Assembly (NCBI GenBank): GCA_048885525.1
Contig: JBHLLP010000002.1
Span: forward strand, 1-64,000
DNA from: Candidatus Hermodarchaeota archaeon
GTDB lineage: Archaea; Asgardarchaeota; Lokiarchaeia; Sigyniarchaeales; SOKP01
Length of the DNA stretch: 64,000 bases
Direction of reading: 5' to 3'
The position numbers were made by a program, and so were the translations under genes. Shown here piece after piece: positions 19,637-29,371 of this stretch. The notes below the pieces were generated by a model. The model was not told the DNA's origin. It saw nothing but the letters and a program-made list of their open reading frames with translations, and did not search any database. Each line of letters begins with the position of its first letter. Within the stretch, counting starts at the first letter, position 1.

Positions 19637-21049
19637 TTATTGATCCTCTTTTATTTCCTCATTATCCACTGGTAATTCATCTTCTTTTTCTTCATTTGGC
19701 TCCATTTCAGGTTCATCTAGTGGTTTTGAAGGAAGTTGCTCAATGGTCTCCGGTTCTGGTTTAACATCTACAGGAGTTTCACAAACAGGACACCGACTCC
19801 AACCAGGTCTCAAACTATAACCACATTTAACACATTCCTTCATACTGTCATCCACTTTCCATTCTGGTATGTTTAGACCTCCTTGTCTCTTCTTTGCTAA
19901 ATCCTGCAATTCTTCCTCAGTCCATACTTCCATTCCTTCTGGAAGTCCTGCTCCTCTCTCGGATGCAAATTTAGACAATTCTTCTTCCGTCCAAGCGGGT
20001 ATATTTGGCTGAGAGGCCATTCGTTTTTGTGCTTCTTCTGTTAGTTCCTCAGCTGTCCAAGTTTTAAGTTCTTGGCCTCCGGGAGTCATAACTGCGCCGG
20101 GTGCGGAGGGAGTAGCTTGTCTAGGAGCTTGAGCTTGTTGAGAAGGGACATTACAACATTCTGCAGAGAATCTTAATAGAGCTTCAAAACATCGGGAGTA
20201 TTTATTAGGATCTTTACCTTCATCTGTAACTAATAGTAAAGTAGTTTTATCAGCATTTTGAGGGATTGCTATGCTAAAAATGGCTATATCTGATGATATT
20301 CTACCGGATTCTATACCAGAAGTTATTCTTTCCAGTGAATTCATCAATTCATTATTTTTCATTAAAAAATCACAAATTGGATCACCATGTCTTTGATAAC
20401 CTTCGTGATATTTTGCGAGATGGTTTTTTGTGACAATAGAATCAAATGAATTAACGATAGCACTTACATAAGAATATATTTGAGATTTAGGATCTTTCTG
20501 AGATTCATCTAACTTATAACCTCCTAAATCAATAGCTCCCATAATTGGAGCGAATAAAGGTTTTTCATTTCTCATCTTACCAAAAATAGTTGATCGGGAA
20601 ATAACACACTTAATTTCTCCGTAATAAGCAATAGCATTATCCAAAAGATCTACGTTCTTGTTAATTATTATACGAGGAACAGTCCGGAATAATACATTAA
20701 CCCATGGCATTTCTTTTACAGGAATTATTGCAATACAAGTTTTTTCTATTAAATCTCTTAGATTTTTAACGTAATTTTTTAATTGTTTTTTTAAATCTTC
20801 ATACTCCTCGTTTTTTAATTCTTCATTAGCCCTATTCTCGAGTTCTTTAAATTTTTCTTCATGTATTTTAACATTTCCTCCAAATGATTTAATCTCACCT
20901 ACAATATTATCTTTCATAATAGAGGTTGCTTTTTCAATTACTTTTTTTTGAAAATCATTCAGTTCTTGTTCTTCGCTTGATACTAAATAATCTGCGGGAT
21001 CAAATTCTAATTTGTTAATAAATACTTGTATTAGCTTTTGTTCTGCCAA
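19637..21049 (-). CDS. Hypothetical protein with C-terminal WTxEEL tandem repeats, zinc ribbon and acidic tail
   Basis: KTWTAEEL, PAWTEEEL, EVWTEEEL; CVKCG...CPVC. Confidence 0.75.
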   Translation of the reverse strand: MAEQKLIQVFINKLEFDPADYLVSSEEQELNDFQKKVIEKATSIMKDNIVGEIKSFGGNVKIHEEKFKELENRANEELKNEEYEDLKKQLKNYVKNLRDLIEKTCIAIIPVKEMPWVNVLFRTVPRIIINKNVDLLDNAIAYYGEIKCVISRSTIFGKMRNEKPLFAPIMGAIDLGGYKLDESQKDPKSQIYSYVSAIVNSFDSIVTKNHLAKYHEGYQRHGDPICDFLMKNNELMNSLERITSGIESGRISSDIAIFSIAIPQNADKTTLLLVTDEGKDPNKYSRCFEALLRFSAECCNVPSQQAQAPRQATPSAPGAVMTPGGQELKTWTAEELTEEAQKRMASQPNIPAWTEEELSKFASERGAGLPEGMEVWTEEELQDLAKKRQGGLNIPEWKVDDSMKECVKCGYSLRPGWSRCPVCETPVDVKPEPETIEQLPSKPLDEPEMEPNEEKEDELPVDNEEIKEDQ

Positions 21050-21209
21050 TTTCTTTCCCTTTTTTTCCTTAATAATTTTGAATTAAAGATATTTATTATT
21101 ATAGCAGCGGTATGTATATAAAAATTTATTTGAATTAAGTATAATTTAATAGAAATAAGCAAAAAGGCATAGTTTTATTATGTTAAACAAATCATAAGAT
21201 TCTAGAATT

Positions 21210-22262
21210 ATGAATAATTCTGATAATTTAAAAAGCAATTCATATAAAAACGTCTTTGTATGTTTTATTTCTAATATTTCTAAACAAGTAAGAGATTATC
21301 TAACTGAGAAATTAAAGTCTTTAAATAATGTTCAGATTATATTTCGAAGAGATAAATCGCTAAAAGAATTGTTAAAGGTTGTTCCTAAAGCAGATATTCT
21401 TATTGGTTGGCGTCCTTCAAAGAAAATATTAAAATCCGCTAAAAATGTTCAATTATTTATCAACCCTGGAGCAGGTGTCCAACACCTTATTGATCTCTTC
21501 CGAGAATTAAATAGAGAAAGGAAGGTTCTTTTAATTAATGGTCATGGAAATTCTTATTTTGTAGCTCAACACGCAGTAGCACTTTTAATGACTCTAATGA
21601 ATAAAATAGTCCCTCATCATGAATGGATGCGTCAGGGAAAATGGCGAACTGGGGATAAAGATGCAGAGTCAATTCCATTAAGATTTAGAAAGATCGGATT
21701 GCTGGGTTATGGTTCTATAAATCAAAAAGTTCATCGTTTTCTTAGTGGATTTGACGTAGAATTTTCAGTTTTAAGAAAACATTGGGAAAAGCAGACATCT
21801 CTCCTACCTACTCGAATAAAAAAATACAAATTATCTCAATTACACGATTTTCTTGAAAATATTGATACTCTTATAGTTGCGGTACCTTTAACTTCTTTAA
21901 CAATTAAAATGATCAAAAGAGATGAATTGGAACTCCTAGGTCCTAGTGGTTTAATAGTGAACATTAGTAGAGGTGATATTATCGATGAGAAAAGCTTATA
22001 TAATGCATTGAAAGATAAAGTTATACAGGGTGCTGCAATTGATGTTTGGTATAATTATTCTCCAGAAAAAAATGAGCAAGGTAAAAAATTTCCATTCAAT
22101 TTTCCTTTTCATTCCTTAGAGAATATAATACTCTCACCCCATAGAGGATATTCACCTTTTAATGATTTACTAAGATGGGATGAGGTTATTGAAAATGTTA
22201 CTCGAATGGCACGAGGGCGCCAAGATTTTATTAATGTAGTAGATTTAGAGGAGGAGTATTAA
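21210..22262 (+). CDS. D-isomer-specific 2-hydroxyacid dehydrogenase (NAD-binding)
   Basis: GLLGYGSI, VNISRG, AAIDVW, ILSPHRG. Confidence 0.9.
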   Translation: MNNSDNLKSNSYKNVFVCFISNISKQVRDYLTEKLKSLNNVQIIFRRDKSLKELLKVVPKADILIGWRPSKKILKSAKNVQLFINPGAGVQHLIDLFRELNRERKVLLINGHGNSYFVAQHAVALLMTLMNKIVPHHEWMRQGKWRTGDKDAESIPLRFRKIGLLGYGSINQKVHRFLSGFDVEFSVLRKHWEKQTSLLPTRIKKYKLSQLHDFLENIDTLIVAVPLTSLTIKMIKRDELELLGPSGLIVNISRGDIIDEKSLYNALKDKVIQGAAIDVWYNYSPEKNEQGKKFPFNFPFHSLENIILSPHRGYSPFNDLLRWDEVIENVTRMARGRQDFINVVDLEEEY

Positions 22263-22724
22263 AAGGCAATATTTTTGAGCTTTTAATTATATTATGATTT
22301 GAGTTTCCTTAAATAAGTAGTTATTTAAATTGAAAAATTGTATATGATTATTTAAATAAGTAAACAATTTTTCCAGTTATAAAAATTCTTTATAGAGTCT
22401 TTCATCTTTTTTTATAATTATTTATATAACTGTTCACACATCTATATATAATAATTTAAACTTCAAAAATGTCATTAAATTTAAGGAGTATAAAAACATT
22501 TTAAAAATTAATACATTAATATACAATTTGGAATATTTATGACAAGACATTATAGTATTACTTTAAATATGTTAATCCAATAAAAAAAAACATTTATATA
22601 TTAATGTGTAATAAAATAAAATATAAAAAAATTTGTGGTTTAAGGCGATAGTTTTAAAAAAAGCTTTAGTCATTTTGCCGATTTTATAATTTGGCATATT
22701 TAAGAAATTATAAGGTGTAATTAT

Positions 22725-23015
22725 ATGAAAATTGTCACAGTTAACATCCCAGAATCTTATCTTGATAGTATTCAAAAATTAGTTGGGGAAAATGGGCTCT
22801 ATCCATCTAGGTCAGAATTAATTCGAGTAGCTGTGAGAGACTTTTTGCTTCGAGAATTAAAACTAGCCGACAATATGGCTAAATATAAAGAAACAGAAAT
22901 TGATGATTTTGATGATGAGAATTATGTAAGAGTTCCAGTTGAACGTTTAAACGACTCCAATGAACCAGTTAGAGAGTTCAAGACGTACAAGATAATTAAA
23001 AAGTTAGAATATTAA
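22725..23015 (+). CDS. Ribbon-helix-helix (CopG/Arc/MetJ) regulator
   Basis: MKIVTVNIPESYLDSIQKLV...YPSRSELIRVAVRDFL; AAGGTG SD upstream. Confidence 0.9.
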   Translation: MKIVTVNIPESYLDSIQKLVGENGLYPSRSELIRVAVRDFLLRELKLADNMAKYKETEIDDFDDENYVRVPVERLNDSNEPVREFKTYKIIKKLEY

Positions 23016-23241
23016 GATTATTACAATTTACGGTTTTGTTAAATTTAGTACAAATTGGCTAGATAAAGCTCTTTTCTTTTTTTCCTTTTTTTTATTGTTT
23101 TGTGTATCAATACTTTTTCTAAATAGAGTAAAAAATAAATAACATTGAAATAATATTTATAAAATTGTATATAAAAAAGAAACGAGGGAATTTGTTATTT
23201 CTGATGTAAAATTAAATCCTAATCGTTATAATCCTAAATTT

Positions 23242-24474
23242 ATGGAATGGGGAATCATAAATAAGCAAAATTGGGAGGGTCAGACAACATATGACGTTCC
23301 TATTAAGAGATGGGATCCATTATCAACAGTGAGTATACGTACTGAGGATTTTGGCCTTCGAAAAGAACGTATAAGATATTATGGGCATTATTCTTACATA
23401 TCACCAATCAGAGGAATAAGACCGAAAGGATTTAAGACTGATGAGGAAGAAAAGCAATTTCTGGATTGTTCAAAAAAAATATTACGAAAATATAAAGATG
23501 TTTTTAGTTCTGTAACAGAGGGTAGAATTGTTTACGATGATTGGGGAATTCCACTTAGCGATGGTTTTACTATGATTATTACTCAAGATGAAATAAGACG
23601 AGATAATCCGTTTTCAGATACACCACATCAAATAGAAAGAATTCCGGATGCTTGCAAAGCTATAACTTTAATTAACAGGTATCCTTCAATGGCAAGAATT
23701 ATAGATCCCGAAATAGAGAAAGAAATTGTTAAAAAGCTTCCTTCGCATATAAAACTTTCACGCGGTATTAACTTAGTAACGATTTCTCGAAATTTCTATC
23801 CCTCTTTGTGTTTTGATTTAATTCCAGAAGATGTATTAGCAGGTATATTTCTATCTATGAGAGCAGCAATATTATATTGTATTGAAGAATCTATAAATAG
23901 AGACTATTACGATATTCCTGTGATGCCCTTTTTCAATATTGGAACTAAAGTTGGAGGATCTCAACCAAGAATTCATAGTCAAATCTACATAGACCTAGCA
24001 ATGGATGGTCATGGAAGTAGATTAGAGGGATATCTTAGAGCTTTTAAAGAAATGGGAGATAGATGTCATTTATGTAAAACGACGCATGGTGGATCTGATC
24101 GCATTATATTAGAAACGGGATTCTGGACTTTTTACACTACTGGAAGCCCTGTAAGAAATTATCACATAAGATTTCATCCAAATGAGCATATCCGAAGATT
24201 TGCTCAATTAAAAGTCAATCAAATTGAAGATTTGGCAAAATCACTAAAAATAATTTTTCAAGCATTAGATGATATTGAGATCGATAAAAATCGAAATATT
24301 TTATTCAATTGCTGTCCATATGGTTATGATGCTGATTTCCATATGTTTGCTGATATTATCCCTCATGAAATAATTGGTGGCGCTGAAATGGCTGATGATA
24401 TGCGAGTTGCAAGAAAATTACCTCACATTGCAGCTCAAGAAATCAGAAATTCTTTACAAAAGTACTTAATATAA
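23242..24474 (+). CDS. GalT/HIT-superfamily nucleotidyltransferase-like protein (possible ATT start at 23197)
   Basis: DNPF, INRYP, FFNIGTKVGGSQPRIHSQI (compare GalT N.G..AGAS..HPHSQ), CHLC, FHMFADIIP. Confidence 0.7.
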   Translation: MEWGIINKQNWEGQTTYDVPIKRWDPLSTVSIRTEDFGLRKERIRYYGHYSYISPIRGIRPKGFKTDEEEKQFLDCSKKILRKYKDVFSSVTEGRIVYDDWGIPLSDGFTMIITQDEIRRDNPFSDTPHQIERIPDACKAITLINRYPSMARIIDPEIEKEIVKKLPSHIKLSRGINLVTISRNFYPSLCFDLIPEDVLAGIFLSMRAAILYCIEESINRDYYDIPVMPFFNIGTKVGGSQPRIHSQIYIDLAMDGHGSRLEGYLRAFKEMGDRCHLCKTTHGGSDRIILETGFWTFYTTGSPVRNYHIRFHPNEHIRRFAQLKVNQIEDLAKSLKIIFQALDDIEIDKNRNILFNCCPYGYDADFHMFADIIPHEIIGGAEMADDMRVARKLPHIAAQEIRNSLQKYLI

Positions 24475-24659
24475 ACTCATCATAATTTAATCTTAGAATT
24501 TAATAAATTCTTTCAATTTAATATGATTAAATGAAATATTCTAATTGGGTTATTCTATAGTTTTAGTCTTAATGGATAAGTTTTAAATTTCAATTAAAAT
24601 TACATTTAAATCTACTAAACTTTATATATTAAATGAAAATTTTTTGAGAGATTCAAAAA

Positions 24660-25808
24660 TTGAGAGAATGGTCTGCGATTATCTTAGCTGGTGGTAAAGG
24701 TAAACGGTTAATGCCTTTGACTTCACTAATTCCAAAACCGCTTGTTAAAGTCACAAATGTTCCTATGGTTGATTATGCGATTGCACATTTAGTGTATGCT
24801 GATATTAAACATATAATTTTAGCATTGGCATATATGGGCAAAGAAATGAAGGATTATATTGAAAAGACATGGACACCCGATAATTTAGGAGATGTGGAAT
24901 TAGAATGTGTGATTCAAGCGAGTAAAGGTACAGCAGACGCATATAGACTTTTAGCTGATCGTATAGATTCTAAAAAAATTGTAGTATCGATGGCAGACAT
25001 AGTAACAAATCTTCCTATGATGCGTTTTATGGAATTTCATTCAGATAAAGGGGGTTTAGCCACAATTTCAATGAAAACTGTTGAGAGCCATATTTCTCAA
25101 TATGGTGTTGTATTATTAGATAAGAACAGAAAGATTTATCTCTTCTTAGAGAAACCTGCACCAATGGAGTTATATTTAAGCAGCATGGCTCAACGAGAAG
25201 ATCTATTTTTACACACAAATATAATTAATACAGGCATTTACTGTTTTAGTAAGGAAATAGGAAGTATTCTTCATGAAACGGGTTTAATGGATTTTGGAAG
25301 TGAGGTTTTCCCATATCTTCTAGAAAACACGTATGATCTATTCGGATTTGTTGAAAATTATTATTGGATGGATGCTGGAAATGCAACAACTTATCTTTGG
25401 GCGAATTGGGATTTACTCCGTAAATATGCCTGGCCGATTTTGCCTAATGGTGTTGAGTATGATGGAATTTATGTAATGGGAATTATAAATTCAGGACAGA
25501 ATATTACAATTAATAGACCAACTTGTTTTGGAGAATTTGTTCAGTTGGCGAACCGAGTTAAGATTAAAGAATTAACTTCAATAGGTCATAATGTTACAAT
25601 TGGTGAAGATACCATGATTGAGAAAAGCGTTATCTGGGATGAGATAAAAATAGGGGCAGGTTGTATAATAACAGAAAGTATAATTTGTAATAACTGTGAA
25701 ATTGGAGATAATGTTGTTTTAGAGAGGGCAATTATTGCACCTAATTGTAAAATTAGTAGTAATTCTCAAATTAGAGATAAAACTTTGAAGTTGGGATACG
25801 AAATTTAG
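24660..25808 (+). CDS. NDP-sugar pyrophosphorylase (mannose-1-P guanylyltransferase / glucose-1-P nucleotidyltransferase family) with LbH domain
   Basis: ILAGGKGKRLMPLT..IPKPLV, GTAD, YGVV, FLEKP, INTGIY, YWMDAG, hexapeptide repeats. Confidence 0.9.
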   Translation: MREWSAIILAGGKGKRLMPLTSLIPKPLVKVTNVPMVDYAIAHLVYADIKHIILALAYMGKEMKDYIEKTWTPDNLGDVELECVIQASKGTADAYRLLADRIDSKKIVVSMADIVTNLPMMRFMEFHSDKGGLATISMKTVESHISQYGVVLLDKNRKIYLFLEKPAPMELYLSSMAQREDLFLHTNIINTGIYCFSKEIGSILHETGLMDFGSEVFPYLLENTYDLFGFVENYYWMDAGNATTYLWANWDLLRKYAWPILPNGVEYDGIYVMGIINSGQNITINRPTCFGEFVQLANRVKIKELTSIGHNVTIGEDTMIEKSVIWDEIKIGAGCIITESIICNNCEIGDNVVLERAIIAPNCKISSNSQIRDKTLKLGYEI

Positions 25809-25897
25809 CTAAATAAGATTTTAGATCTCTTTATAAGTTGAAATTTTAAAAAAAAAAATGAAATATTTATATTTAAGACAGTAATAAAATAAGTATT

Positions 25898-26344
25898 ATG
25901 AGTCCATATTGTACGAATTGTGGTACTGAATTAGAGGAATCATGGAATGCGTGCCCAAATTGCGGGAAAACATTAAAACAAGAACAGATTTCTCAATCAC
26001 TACCTCAACAGCAACCATATATACCAACACAACCACAAGCAGTTCAGGTTCAACCATATCATCGTACCTATAGACCAAGTGGGTCCAATACTTATGGAAT
26101 TGCTGCATTGATTTGTGGTTTAATTGGTTTAGTTTTAAGTTTTACTTATGGGGCTCCAGTTTTAGGATTGGCAGCAATAGTTTTGGGTGGTCTTGGTATA
26201 AGTAGAGATGACAATAATGCAATGGCAATGATTGGTGTGATTTTAGGAATAGTTGACTTTGTCTTCTTCCTTTTATTTTACTTTCTGTTCTTTTCAATAT
26301 TTAATTGGTTCAATTGGTTCAATTGGTTTGATTGGTTGGATTAA
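25898..26344 (+). CDS. Zinc-ribbon / DUF4190-like membrane protein
   Basis: YCTNCG...CPNCG, Q/P-rich linker, GIAALICGLIG transmembrane segments, FNW repeats. Confidence 0.8.
   Translation: MSPYCTNCGTELEESWNACPNCGKTLKQEQISQSLPQQQPYIPTQPQAVQVQPYHRTYRPSGSNTYGIAALICGLIGLVLSFTYGAPVLGLAAIVLGGLGISRDDNNAMAMIGVILGIVDFVFFLLFYFLFFSIFNWFNWFNWFDWLD
26300..26335 (+). repeat. 9-bp tandem repeat (TTYAATTGG x3 plus TTTGATTGG) encoding FNWFNWFNWFDW
   Basis: Read directly from the sequence. Confidence 0.85.
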
Positions 26345-26458
26345 TCTTGAAAGATTTTCTTTTAAATCAATAGATGGAAGATATAATAAACAAAGAGAAA
26401 TTTTACCTAAATAAGAATTACAAAAGTTCTAATCAAATTAACTTTTTTTAAAAGTACG

Positions 26459-27703
26459 ATGAAATTACAAAAATATTCAATTGGTACAGGAGATCGGTTT
26501 GGATTTCAAGGAAAAGCACTCTTGAGGGCAATTTTAAAAGCAGAAGAGATTGGTATTAATCTCGCCATTGTATGGAATAAATCTCACAGAGAACATTTAA
26601 TCACGAAAACAACATCGTCAGACGTATTAAATGAAGCTCAACAGGCTGTAAAGGACTTTAATTGGAAAGGTAATTACTATATTGATGCCGATCACATTGG
26701 TCTTTCTAATGTAGGCTTATATATAGATTCATGTAATTTTTTTACTCTAGATGTCGCTGAATTTATAGGAATAAGAGCTTTTAATAACGATATCAAAGCT
26801 TTTATAGATAAATATAAAAAATATATAGGAAAAATATCAATTCCAAATATCGAGGAGTCGTTAATTGTTAGCGAGGAACAGTTACGGAATATCACTAGAG
26901 AATATATCTTTGCAATAAAAGAAGCTGGGAAAATTTATCGTAAGATTAAGGCGAAGAAAGGTAAAAATAATTTTATTATTGAAATCTCTATGGACGAATC
27001 AAGTACACCTCAAACACCAATTGAATTACTTTTTATCTTAGCGTTAATAGCCGAAGAAAAAATCCCTCTTCAAACATTTGCACCTCGATTTCATGGTAAT
27101 TTTTATAAAGGTATTGATTATATAGGAAATATTCAGCGTTTTGCAAAAGAGTTTGAGATACTTCTAGCAGTTATCCAATTTGCGGTAAAAGAATTTTCAA
27201 TACCTAATAATTTAAAGCTAAGTATTCATTCAGGAAGTGATAAATTCTCTATATATGATGCTATTAATAAAGCAATTAAAAAGTTTAATACAGGAGTCCA
27301 TTTAAAGACATCTGGAACTACATGGTTAGAAGAATTAGCTGGTTTAGTCATGGTAGGAGATGAAGGCTTAAAAATAGTTAAAGAAATTTATAAGAAGGCT
27401 TATAATAAGTTTGATGAATTGTGCATTCCTTATAGAACCGTAATTAATATTAAAAAAACTAAATTACCACTTCCAAAACTTGTAAATAAATGGACTGGTG
27501 AGGAATTTGTAAGAAACCTTCGCCATGATATCACTTGTAAAGATTATAATCCAAATTTTCGACAATTGCTTCATATTGGATATAAAATTGCAGCAGAAAT
27601 GGGTTCCCGTTATACAAGAGTTTTAAAAAAAAATGAGGAAATAATTGGTTCATATGTTACTGAAAATATATATGAAAGACATATAGTGAAGTTATTTCGA
27701 TAA
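26459..27703 (+). CDS. uxaE: Tagaturonate/fructuronate epimerase (UxaE family)
   Basis: GTGDRFG, DADHI, EISMDE, APRF.G.FYKGIDY, KLSIHSGSDKFSIY, HLKTSGTTWLE. Confidence 0.9.
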   Translation: MKLQKYSIGTGDRFGFQGKALLRAILKAEEIGINLAIVWNKSHREHLITKTTSSDVLNEAQQAVKDFNWKGNYYIDADHIGLSNVGLYIDSCNFFTLDVAEFIGIRAFNNDIKAFIDKYKKYIGKISIPNIEESLIVSEEQLRNITREYIFAIKEAGKIYRKIKAKKGKNNFIIEISMDESSTPQTPIELLFILALIAEEKIPLQTFAPRFHGNFYKGIDYIGNIQRFAKEFEILLAVIQFAVKEFSIPNNLKLSIHSGSDKFSIYDAINKAIKKFNTGVHLKTSGTTWLEELAGLVMVGDEGLKIVKEIYKKAYNKFDELCIPYRTVINIKKTKLPLPKLVNKWTGEEFVRNLRHDITCKDYNPNFRQLLHIGYKIAAEMGSRYTRVLKKNEEIIGSYVTENIYERHIVKLFR

Positions 27704-27734
27704 AAATTATAAATTTGATAACAATTCTTTTCGA

Positions 27735-27986
27735 TTAAAACAAATCCATATATTCTTTTTCGATTTGTTCTAAAGTTTCATTTAATAAATTAATTAGAAT
27801 AATATTATCATATACGTAGGTGTTTTCTAAAATATAATCTAAGATATCATTTGCGAGCTTTTTATCCTTTTTAGTTAAATTATTTATTCTAGATTTGAAT
27901 AAAATTACAAATTCCTCCTTTAGCCAATCCATTTCTTTTTCTAAAAAATCTTCTAAAATTTCATGATATCTTATACTAACTTTCAT
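27735..27986 (-). CDS. Hypothetical protein
   Basis: 83-aa ORF with GAGGT SD upstream; fills the intergenic space. Confidence 0.65.
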   Translation of the reverse strand: MKVSIRYHEILEDFLEKEMDWLKEEFVILFKSRINNLTKKDKKLANDILDYILENTYVYDNIILINLLNETLEQIEKEYMDLF

Positions 27987-28251
27987 ATTAATACCTCAAC
28001 CCTTTTATATTTAAAGAAACTCGCTTTTTCTTTATATTAAATGAATTAGAACTGCTATAAATATTTTTTATAGACCGTTTTTTATAAAAATGGAGAATTA
28101 ATTATGATTAATTCATTAGATATCGCTAAATACTTCGAGATTCTATAAAAAAATTAATCATGATAAAAAGTAAGATGCAAAAAACTATAGTAATTTATAA
28201 AAGTTGATTTAGTTTTTTTAGATTTGAATTTTATAAAGAGCTATTTTTAGC

Positions 28252-29298
28252 ATGGATATCATACCAAGGAATGGAGATTTCAACTCGAAAAGATTATCTC
28301 TTATAAAAAAGGGAATTATAGTAATTAGTATAGTATTTTTGGCTGTTTTAATACCTATAATAATTAAAAAGCCCTCCACTGATGAGTTTATTTTAACTGA
28401 TGACCAAGGAAAAATATTATTTGATGTAGAAAGAATTGATAGTCATCCTTTATATTTAATGAACTTCTACAGCGATTACGCTTTTGAGGATTATTTAATA
28501 ACTGGTATAAGTTATCTTAATCAAGAGGTTTTAGAAATTGAGTGGGCTTGTACTAGCTTTGCTACTTTAAATAATGAAAGTGATATGTTATTTGGAAGAA
28601 ATTTTGATTGGTCCCATAATCCAGCACTAATTTTATTTACGGACCCCATTGATGGCTATAAAAGTATCTCAATGGTAGATTTAGGATTAATTGGTACAAA
28701 TGATGATTTTCAAGTATCAAATAATCTTCAAGCTCTTCTTAGGGCACCTTATTATGTATTAGATGGTATGAATGAATATGGTTTGACTATATCATGTATG
28801 GCTATCGATAATGCTGAGAATATGCTTGATCCAGAGAAGGTTACCTTAGGTAGTTTAGATTTTATAAGATTAGGTTTAGATTATGCTAGAAATGTAGAGG
28901 AAGTTATCGATTTATGGGATAATTTTAATGTATATTTTCCTCCAGGGCCAGATTTACATTATTTAATTGCAGATCCATGTGGGAATTCTGCTGTAATTGA
29001 GTGGGTTGATGGTGAAATGAAAATTCTTAGAAATGTCTATTTATGGCAAGTATCAACGAATTTTGTTATTTATGAAAGTAGTGAGATTGAACAACAAAAT
29101 TGTATTAGATATATTACTTGTGAATCTTTTTTAAGTGAAAAATATGGTAGAATTGATAAAAAAGATGCTTTCAATCTATTGGAAGCTGTATCTCAAAGCA
29201 TTACTCAATGGTCTGCCGTTTATAATATGGAAAAGAGAAAAGTAAGTATAATAATGGGAAGAAATTATAACAATCCCATTCATGAATTTGTTTTGTGA
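28252..29298 (+). CDS. Membrane-anchored Ntn hydrolase (choloylglycine hydrolase / linear amide C-N hydrolase family)
   Basis: N-terminal TM, ACTSF nucleophile, GRNFDW, DGMNEYGL, HYLIAD, STNF, TQWSAVY. Confidence 0.85.
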   Translation: MDIIPRNGDFNSKRLSLIKKGIIVISIVFLAVLIPIIIKKPSTDEFILTDDQGKILFDVERIDSHPLYLMNFYSDYAFEDYLITGISYLNQEVLEIEWACTSFATLNNESDMLFGRNFDWSHNPALILFTDPIDGYKSISMVDLGLIGTNDDFQVSNNLQALLRAPYYVLDGMNEYGLTISCMAIDNAENMLDPEKVTLGSLDFIRLGLDYARNVEEVIDLWDNFNVYFPPGPDLHYLIADPCGNSAVIEWVDGEMKILRNVYLWQVSTNFVIYESSEIEQQNCIRYITCESFLSEKYGRIDKKDAFNLLEAVSQSITQWSAVYNMEKRKVSIIMGRNYNNPIHEFVL

Positions 29299-29371
29299 TT
29301 TTAGAGCCGATTAATTCTTTTAATTATCGTTAAAGATCTTTAAAAGCGTTTAATCTCAAATTAGATTGATT

